Shown: piece after piece, positions 57,504-64,000 of the stretch
Position numbering within the stretch: the first letter of the stretch is position 1
How the letters are laid out: each line of letters begins with the position of its first letter
Source of the DNA: an uncultured Candidatus Rokubacteria bacterium
GTDB taxonomy: Bacteria > Methylomirabilota > Methylomirabilia > Rokubacteriales > DASRDR01
Direction: 5' to 3'
NCBI GenBank assembly: GCA_963826115.1
Contig: CAWGVS010000006.1
Coordinates: 480,001-544,000, forward strand
Length of the DNA stretch: 64,000 nucleotides
Made by a program: the position numbers and the translations under genes
Notes under the pieces: generated by a model
Seen by the model: only the letters and a program-made list of their open reading frames with translations
Database searches by the model: none
Told to the model about the DNA's origin: nothing

Positions 57504-60224
57504 TCACTCCAGACATTCTAGCTCCGTGATGGTCCAGGGGTCTCGGAGGGGTCCGGCCGGGCTCACGCGCAGGTAGCGGAGGCTCACTGGGCCGAACGCG
57601 GCGGCCCACCGGGGCCCGCCGTTCCGCAGGAGCTCGGAGCCGGTCCAGAAGAGCGCGCCGGACCAGGTCAGCGGCTCGATGGCGGTCCACGTCGTCCCGT
57701 CGAGGGAGCCCGCGAGCCGGAGGGCGCGGCCGGGGAGCCCGGGGCGGATCTCCACGCCACGCAGCGCGCGAGGCCGTCCGAGATCCACCGTGAGCGCGTG
57801 CTCGGGCCCTCCGGGGCCGCGCGTGGCCCACGGCGTCGCGCGGTTCCCGTCGATGGCCCGCCCCGCCAGCTCCGGGTTCTCGCTGGCCGTCGCCCGCCAT
57901 CCGGCCTTGTCGAGGCGACGCGGGGGTGGCGTCGGCGTGAGCACCAGGAGGCGGTAGGGACCCGCGACGGCCTCCCGCACGGTCACCGGCTGGCCCTCGA
58001 GCGCCGCGCGCACCGCCACGGGGTCGGCGTCGGCGCCGAGGAGGATACCGGTACCTGGCTCGATGTGGAGCGGAACCAGCTCCGTCGGATCGGGGTCGGT
58101 GCGCGACGAGTCGCTCACGTTGATGTTCGCTTCTTGCGCGGCGATGGCGCCCCGCGACTCGACGCGCACCCACGCGGAGAGCCAGTGGCTCGCGTAGACG
58201 AAGTCGATGCCCTCGCGCCGGAGGGCGGCGGTGATCTCGCCGGGCGCGGGCACCGGGGGCCGGGGCCCGCCGGGCCCGTACACGGAGAGCTCCCGCGCCG
58301 ACCAGATGTGGTATCGCACCGCCGCGGTCTGGACGATCCGCACGTGCCGCGCGCGAACGGGGGCGAAGATGGCCTGCACGCGCCCGCGCCGGACCTTGAG
58401 GAACGGATGATGCTCGGAGAAAAAGAGCGGGCCCCAGTATCCGGACACGGTGACGACCGTGTCCCACCGCTGACCGTCCATCGACACCTCGACGCGGAAG
58501 CCGCCCGGCAGGTCCTGCCAGTCGATCGCGAGGAGGTCCACGCGGGCGACGAGCTCGGGCGCGCCCAGGTCGACCTCGAGCCACTGGTCCGGCATCAGCT
58601 CGAGGGCCGTGGTCCACGACGACGCGGCGTCCCCGTCGAGGAGGTCCGCGGCCCGGTCGGAGCGGTGGCTGGCCCGGATCGTCCAGCGCTCGCGCGGGAG
58701 CGGCACGAACGTCGTGCTGAAGCGCGGCGAGAGCTCGAGGACGTGAAGCTCGCCCAGCACGGTCTCCCGGAAGTCGACACCGAGCCCCTGGAGAGTGTCA
58801 CGCAGCGGGCGCACCTCCGTCGGGGCCGCGATGATCGGCGGGTTCACCGCGGCGTCGACGAGCCGTCCGTGGTCCACGATCTGCTCCCGCCAGAGATCGG
58901 CGATCACGACTCGCCCGCCAGTCAGGTACGTCATGCCGTAGGCCGAGAGGTGAAACGCCCCGGCCAGATAGGCGCCCCGGACGCCGCGGTCCTCGAGCCA
59001 GTGGAGCACGGGGTCGAACCGACGGGTGAGGGTCGTCCACCGGGGCGCTCCCGGGTCCGTGGTGAGCACGCTGTCCTGCCAGTTTGGCCACGCGTTGAGC
59101 GCGAGCAGCGCGGCCAGCGCGGCGCCGGCGGCGAGCGGTCGCCGACGCCGGAGTCGGTCGAGGCCCTCGCCCATCCAGCAGGGAAGGACGGAGTACAGCG
59201 GGAGCAGGTAGTAGTGGTCGATCGCGCGCTTCGAGCCGAGGACGAGTCCGAGGTTCGTGATGGCGACGATCCACAGGACGACCTGCCCGCGCCCGATCGA
59301 CCCTCGCCCTCCGACGAGCCACGCGAGCTGGGCGCGGTGCCGGACCGCGGCCCCCACGACCGCGGCGATCCAGAGGGGCACCGCGATCGCGAGGAACGCG
59401 ACGATCCAGGCCCGCCCCGCCGGTAGATGCAGGCCGAGGAGGCGGGGGAGAAAGTCTCCCACGACCGCCGCCAGCCGGTCGCCGAACGGCGCCGGGGTGA
59501 CACCGCCCGCCTGGTGCAGGGCAAACTTCGCCGACGGGAAGTTCCTCGTTTCGTACAGCCATTGCGGGACGCCGCCGAGGAGGAGCCCGCCGGCGAACCA
59601 GGCGATGCGCCATCGCCACACGAGGCCGGTCCGGAGCGCCAGGATCCCGAACGGCGCGAGGTAGACCACGATCAGCGGATTCAGCCACCAGCCGAGCCCG
59701 GCGAGCAGACCGAGCCCGAGGAGCGCCCGGGGCCGGCCCGGATCGGCGACGAAGATCGTGTGGGTCGCCAGGATGCAGAGGTTGCCCACGGCCAGTGCTG
59801 CGGGGTGGTTGGGGGTCGCCGTGAAGCTCCACTGGGCGAGGAACAGCGGTGGGACCGCGAGCACCGCGAGACCGAGGAGCGCGGCGGGCCGTTCGAGGAA
59901 GCGGCGCAGGACCAGCCAGCCGGTCCAGAGAATGAAGAGGCCGATGAAATACGCGAACCAGTCGAGCGCCCGCGGGGCTGGGCCGACCATCTCGAACCAC
60001 GCGGCCAAGGGATAGGCCGAGGCCGCGCCCCAATACTCCGGACCGGCGACGTTCGCCGGGAAGTGGCCGCCGAGGATCCGGAGGGCGGGCATCGCGACCA
60101 TGCTCTCGTCCCAGTGGAACGGCCAGTGGAAGGGCGCGACGAACCGGAGCGCCCGGACGCAGGCCCCGACCACGAGCAGGCCGGGGACGAGAAGCCGCAC
60201 CACTCGGTCGCCCCCGGATCTCAT
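57504..60224 (-). CDS. GT-C (PMT/ArnT-like) membrane glycosyltransferase with two discoidin/F5-8 type C-like domains
   Basis: WDE motif after the first TM, many TMs; AS..A.DG..SW..WLEVDLG and AIDGN..W..LTVDLG domains. Confidence 0.75.
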   Translation of the reverse strand: MRSGGDRVVRLLVPGLLVVGACVRALRFVAPFHWPFHWDESMVAMPALRILGGHFPANVAGPEYWGAASAYPLAAWFEMVGPAPRALDWFAYFIGLFILWTGWLVLRRFLERPAALLGLAVLAVPPLFLAQWSFTATPNHPAALAVGNLCILATHTIFVADPGRPRALLGLGLLAGLGWWLNPLIVVYLAPFGILALRTGLVWRWRIAWFAGGLLLGGVPQWLYETRNFPSAKFALHQAGGVTPAPFGDRLAAVVGDFLPRLLGLHLPAGRAWIVAFLAIAVPLWIAAVVGAAVRHRAQLAWLVGGRGSIGRGQVVLWIVAITNLGLVLGSKRAIDHYYLLPLYSVLPCWMGEGLDRLRRRRPLAAGAALAALLALNAWPNWQDSVLTTDPGAPRWTTLTRRFDPVLHWLEDRGVRGAYLAGAFHLSAYGMTYLTGGRVVIADLWREQIVDHGRLVDAAVNPPIIAAPTEVRPLRDTLQGLGVDFRETVLGELHVLELSPRFSTTFVPLPRERWTIRASHRSDRAADLLDGDAASSWTTALELMPDQWLEVDLGAPELVARVDLLAIDWQDLPGGFRVEVSMDGQRWDTVVTVSGYWGPLFFSEHHPFLKVRRGRVQAIFAPVRARHVRIVQTAAVRYHIWSARELSVYGPGGPRPPVPAPGEITAALRREGIDFVYASHWLSAWVRVESRGAIAAQEANINVSDSSRTDPDPTELVPLHIEPGTGILLGADADPVAVRAALEGQPVTVREAVAGPYRLLVLTPTPPPRRLDKAGWRATASENPELAGRAIDGNRATPWATRGPGGPEHALTVDLGRPRALRGVEIRPGLPGRALRLAGSLDGTTWTAIEPLTWSGALFWTGSELLRNGGPRWAAAFGPVSLRYLRVSPAGPLRDPWTITELECLE

Positions 60225-60467
60225 GCGCCGGGCATCATGCGGCCGGCCGCCGATCAGGATGGTCGCCGTCGCCCGTCAGAGGATCTTCCGCCGCCTGGTC
60301 ATCGGTCGGGCGACCCCCAAGGGCGCGCGGGGACGGGTCAGCATTCTCTCGGCATGTCGGCGTGTCGGGCGTCGGACCGGGTACACGGTATCACACGGCG
60401 CCGCACGCGGCCGCCCGCGGCCGCCCGTCCGACCACGTATGCTGTGGGCGCGCAGGAGGGATGGCCG

Positions 60468-60845
60468 ATGCCCCACGGGAACACGATCACGCTCGAGCCG
60501 TACCGCGGCCACTGGCCGCCGGACGACCCCGACGCCGGCTTCCGGCAGCTGGTCGCCGAGTACTCCGCGATCGACCCGCTGCCGACCCTCGCGGAGCTCG
60601 GCCGCCGGAAGGGCATCCCGCTTGGCGCGCTCGTCGCCTTCGTCCTGGCGCGGTATGCCGCCTCGGGCAGCGAGGCGCTCCTCTACACCGGGCCGGTCGT
60701 GGTCCGTCAGATGGCGGAGATGGTCGAGAAGGCGGAGGCGGCGGGCACCGACGCCGCGCGGCTCGAGGCGTACCGCGGGCTCGCCGCGATCGTGTCGTGG
60801 CTCCGCGTCCCGCTGGAGGACCCCGCGTGGCGGCCCGGAGCGTGA
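60468..60845 (+). CDS. hypothetical protein (DUF6027-like)
   Basis: AGGAGG SD; DPLPTL, GIPLGAL..VLARY, GSEALL, AGTDAARL.AY and SWLRVPL, recalled from memory as DUF6027. Confidence 0.6.
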   Translation: MPHGNTITLEPYRGHWPPDDPDAGFRQLVAEYSAIDPLPTLAELGRRKGIPLGALVAFVLARYAASGSEALLYTGPVVVRQMAEMVEKAEAAGTDAARLEAYRGLAAIVSWLRVPLEDPAWRPGA

Positions 60846-60913
60846 GCCGTCCGGCGCGCGAGCCCGGCGCGCGGGTTGCGCCCGGCGGGACCGGATACTA
60901 GGATACGGCCGCG

Positions 60914-63010
60914 ATGGAGAGCCGCCACCAGGACGAGGCGCTGCGCGGGCTCGATCTCGTCGACCAGCTCGTGCAGGTCTCGCGATGGGTCGGCGCCGAG
61001 ACCTCGCTCGCGGTGTGGGGCGGAGGCAACACGTCGGTCAAGCTCACGGAGCCCGACCTCCTCGGCCGGCCCGTGCGGGTCCTGAGGGTCAAGGGGAGCG
61101 GCTCGGACCTCAAGAGCGTGACCCGACGGGACTTTCCCGGCGTGCGCCTGCCCGAGGTGCTGGCGCTCCTCGACCGCGACGACATGGGCGACCAGGAGAT
61201 GGTCGACTACCTCGCGCGCTGCCTCCAGGAGCCGGGCTCCCCCCGGCCGTCGATCGAGACGCTCCTCCACGGCTTCCTCGACGCGGAGGCCGTCATCCAC
61301 ACCCACGCGGACGCGATCGTCGGTCTGACGAACACGGAGCGCGGCCAGGACGTCGTCCAGGACCTCTTCGGGAAGGACGTCGTCTGGGTGCCGTACCGCC
61401 GGCCCGGGTTCCGGCTGTCGAAGGACGTCTGGGCGGCCATCCGCGCGCATCCCGAGACGCGGGCCATCGTGCTCGAGAAGCATGGGCTCAGCACGTGGGC
61501 GCGGACGCTCAAGGACGCGTACATGGCCACGATCGAGCTGGTGACGCGTGCCGAGGAGCGTCTCCGCGATGCCGCGCGGGCCCGGCGGGCCTTCGGGCCG
61601 CCCACCGTGGCCGCGCCCGACGCGGAGACCCGCCGGCGCGTCGCCCGCGAGGTGGCGCCGGCGCTCCGAGGCATGCTCGGCCGCGATCGGCGCGTGGTGC
61701 TCCGCTTCGACGACGGGGACGCCGTCCGCGAGCTGGCCAGCGCGCCCGAGGCGCCGCGGCTCGCCCAGGTCGGCCCCGCGACGCCCGATCACACGATCTA
61801 CTCGAAGCGCGTGCCCTGTTACGTGCCGCTCGCCGATCCCGGGTCGCCGGCGGCGGTGATCGACGCGCTCCGCGCCGCGGTCGCGCGCTTCGTCCAGGAG
61901 TACACGGCCTACTTCGAGGCTCACCGGCACGGCGAGCTGATGAAGCCCGGCGCCGGCGGACCGGCGGCGCCCCCGACGCTGACGGACCCGTATCCGCGCG
62001 TCGTGCTCCTCCCCGGCCTCGGCATGTTCACGAGCGGGAAGGACGCGCGCACGGCGGGGATCGTCGCCGACATCTACCACCACACGGCCGGGGTCATGCG
62101 GGCGGCGTCGGCGCTCGGCACGTACACCTCGCTGTCGGCGCAGGACGCGTTCAACGTCGAGTTCTGGCCGCTCGAGCTCTACAAGCTCCAGATGGCGCCG
62201 CCCGAGAAGGAGCTGGCGCGGCGAGTCGCGCTGGTCACCGGGGCCGCCAGCGGGATCGGGCGCGCGGTGGCGCGGCGGCTCGCCCGCGAGGGCGCCCACG
62301 TCGTCGTGACCGACGTCGACGAGGCGGGCGCCCGCCGGGTCGCCGACGAGGCCGCGGCGGAGGCCGGGCCGGCGCGCCCGCTCGGCGTCCGGATGGACGT
62401 GACCTCGGAGGCCTCGGTGGAGGCGGCCGTGGCGGCGGCGGTCGACGCGTATGGCGGACTCGACATCGTCGTCTCGAACGCCGGCATCGCCCACGGTGCG
62501 GCGATCGACCGCATGGCGCTGGCCGACTGGGAGCGGAGCTTCGCGGTCAACGCCACGGGCCACTTCCTCGTGGCGCGGGCGGCGCTCCGGGTGATGAAGA
62601 CCCAGGGGCTGGGCGGCAGCTTCGTGTTCGTCGCCACGAAAAACGTGATGTCTCCAGGGAAGGACTTCGCGGCCTACAGCGCGTCGAAGGCCGCCGAGGC
62701 GCAGCTCGCCAAGGTGGCGGCGCTCGAGGGCGGCCCGCACGGGATCCGCGTCAACATCGTCAACCCGGACGCCGTCTTCCGGGACTCGGGCCTCTGGTCG
62801 CCCGAGGTGCGCCACGAGCGGGCGCGCGCCCAGGGCATCGCCGTCGACGAGATCGAGGACTTCTACCGGAAGCGCAACCTCCTCGGTGTCTCCGTCCTCC
62901 CGGAGGACGTCGCCGAGGCGGTCCTGTTCCTGGCGTCCGACCGGTCCGCCAAGACGACCGGCTGCACGCTGACCGTCGACGGCGGCGTTCGCGACGCGTT
63001 CCCCCGGTAG
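60914..63010 (+). CDS. rhaD: bifunctional rhamnulose-1-phosphate aldolase / short-chain dehydrogenase
   Basis: GGGNTSVK, VKGSGSDL, PSIETLLH, HTHAD, TPDH; SDR domain TGAASGIG, NAG, YSASK. Confidence 0.87.
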   Translation: MESRHQDEALRGLDLVDQLVQVSRWVGAETSLAVWGGGNTSVKLTEPDLLGRPVRVLRVKGSGSDLKSVTRRDFPGVRLPEVLALLDRDDMGDQEMVDYLARCLQEPGSPRPSIETLLHGFLDAEAVIHTHADAIVGLTNTERGQDVVQDLFGKDVVWVPYRRPGFRLSKDVWAAIRAHPETRAIVLEKHGLSTWARTLKDAYMATIELVTRAEERLRDAARARRAFGPPTVAAPDAETRRRVAREVAPALRGMLGRDRRVVLRFDDGDAVRELASAPEAPRLAQVGPATPDHTIYSKRVPCYVPLADPGSPAAVIDALRAAVARFVQEYTAYFEAHRHGELMKPGAGGPAAPPTLTDPYPRVVLLPGLGMFTSGKDARTAGIVADIYHHTAGVMRAASALGTYTSLSAQDAFNVEFWPLELYKLQMAPPEKELARRVALVTGAASGIGRAVARRLAREGAHVVVTDVDEAGARRVADEAAAEAGPARPLGVRMDVTSEASVEAAVAAAVDAYGGLDIVVSNAGIAHGAAIDRMALADWERSFAVNATGHFLVARAALRVMKTQGLGGSFVFVATKNVMSPGKDFAAYSASKAAEAQLAKVAALEGGPHGIRVNIVNPDAVFRDSGLWSPEVRHERARAQGIAVDEIEDFYRKRNLLGVSVLPEDVAEAVLFLASDRSAKTTGCTLTVDGGVRDAFPR

Positions 63011-63063
63011 CGCGCAAGCTCTCTGAGAGACGTAAATGCTCGTTAAAGTTACTCGATTACCTG

Positions 63064-63106
63064 TTGGTTTGACCTAACATGTACAGTATTATGTGAATGT
63101 ACGTTT
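63064..63106 (+). promoter_or_regulatory. toxin-antitoxin promoter/operator
   Basis: AT-rich; TTGGTT-N17-TATTAT; TGTACA (63080-63085) and TGTACG (63098-63103) palindromic cores. Confidence 0.55.
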
Positions 63107-63147
63107 ATGAGGTCCAGAGAGCGGAACACTAAGGACGAGGAAAGCCC

Positions 63148-63396
63148 ATGACGACTCTGAACGCGGTCAGACTTCGGGCGACGCTGGCCGAAACCCTCAA
63201 CCAGGTTGCCTATGCCCATGAACGGGTCATCGTCGAGAAGCACGGCAAGCCCGTCGCCGCGCTGGTACCGATCGAGGATCTGAAGACGCTCGAGGCCCTC
63301 GAGGACCGGATCGACCTGGAAGCTGCGCGCGAAGCGCTCGCGGCACCTGTCGCTCGCCGACCCTGGGCGGAGGTCAAGGCCGAGCTCGGTCTGTAG
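63148..63396 (+). CDS. Phd/YefM-family antitoxin
   Basis: LRATLAETLNQV..ERVIVEKHGKPVAALVP; ends W.EVKAELGL. Confidence 0.9.
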   Translation: MTTLNAVRLRATLAETLNQVAYAHERVIVEKHGKPVAALVPIEDLKTLEALEDRIDLEAAREALAAPVARRPWAEVKAELGL

Positions 63397-63425
63397 GCCA
63401 ACGCCAACGCGATCAACTCCACGGC

Positions 63426-63683
63426 ATGCCGTACGCTGTCGAGATCACGGATGCGGCTGCGAGGGTGCTCGGCTCCATCGGCAAGAAGCAGCAGCGTCAG
63501 GTCGCGGCGCGGATCGATGGTCTGGCTGAGAACCCCCGCCCGCGTGGCTGCCAGAAGCTCCAGGGCGCCGACGATCTCTATCGCGTCCGGTCCGGTGACT
63601 ACCGGATCATCTACCAGATCGCCGACGAGCGACTCCGGGTGCTCGTGATCCGAATCGGGCATCGCCGAGAGGTCTATCGCTGA
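63426..63683 (+). CDS. RelE/StbE-family toxin
   Basis: NPRP.G..KLQG..YRVRSGDYRIIY.I..V.RIGHRREVY. Confidence 0.92.
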   Translation: MPYAVEITDAAARVLGSIGKKQQRQVAARIDGLAENPRPRGCQKLQGADDLYRVRSGDYRIIYQIADERLRVLVIRIGHRREVYR

Positions 63684-64000
63684 TGTCGATCCGCTTCGGG
63701 GTGGAGCTCCAGCACCGCGCGGAGCTCCTCGCGCCGACCGCGACGCGGGCGGAGGCGCTCGGGTTCGACTCGGTGTGGATCGGGGACCACGTCGCGATCC
63801 ACCGGCCGACCTTCGACGCGCTGGCGGCCCTGAGCTATCTCGCGGCCGTGACCCGCCGCGTGCGGATCGGCCCCTGCGTCTACCTGCTCCCCCTCCGGCA
63901 TCCCGCGGTGGCCGCGAAGCTGGTTGCGTCGCTCGACGTCCTCTCGGGCGGCCGCGTGATCTTCGGGGTCGGCGTGGGTGGCGAGTTCCCGAAGGAGTTC
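63683..64000 (+). CDS. LLM-class flavin-dependent oxidoreductase, 3' end outside the window
   Basis: AEALGFDSVWIGDH, LAAVTRRVRIG, PLRHP..AK..ASLDVLSGGR..GVGVG; absent from the ORF track because it has no stop in the window. Confidence 0.88.
   Translation, partial: MSIRFGVELQHRAELLAPTATRAEALGFDSVWIGDHVAIHRPTFDALAALSYLAAVTRRVRIGPCVYLLPLRHPAVAAKLVASLDVLSGGRVIFGVGVGGEFPKEF

Overview
High-GC (roughly 70% or more by eye) bacterial chromosomal window. The gene repertoire suggests Candidatus Rokubacteria/Methylomirabilota, but that is inference. In order it holds: the end of rfbB; an IclR regulator with a divergent SSS-like membrane protein; uvrA; a stand-alone EF-G paralogue; orphan exeA/exeB; and a tightly coupled sulfur-flavoured operon (HPrK/PEPCK-like P-loop protein, ComA phosphosulfolactate synthase, TauE exporter, NrfC-NrfD fusion, Tat-less molybdopterin oxidoreductase, frameshifted GT87, ThDP enzyme). 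Next come a fused IOR-type oxidoreductase; a TCA cluster (acn-icd-mdh-type F sdh-sucC-[REP-like insert]-sucD-ndk); biotin carboxylase/BCCP; and three tandem peptide-ABC binding proteins plus two permeases. Then a sigma-54 module in which a 1367-aa activator-degenerate cyclase-STAND-TPR fusion faces a perfect -24/-12 promoter upstream of three uncharacterised genes; two adjacent exported thioredoxin-fold proteins, each with an in-frame UGA at the catalytic Cys position followed by a SECIS-like hairpin (probable selenoproteins that the ORF track splits); GT-C type glycosyltransferases; rhaD-SDR; a Phd/RelE toxin-antitoxin pair; and the start of an LLM oxidoreductase. No rRNA, tRNA or CRISPR array was seen. 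All family assignments come from motif recognition by eye, not database searches.
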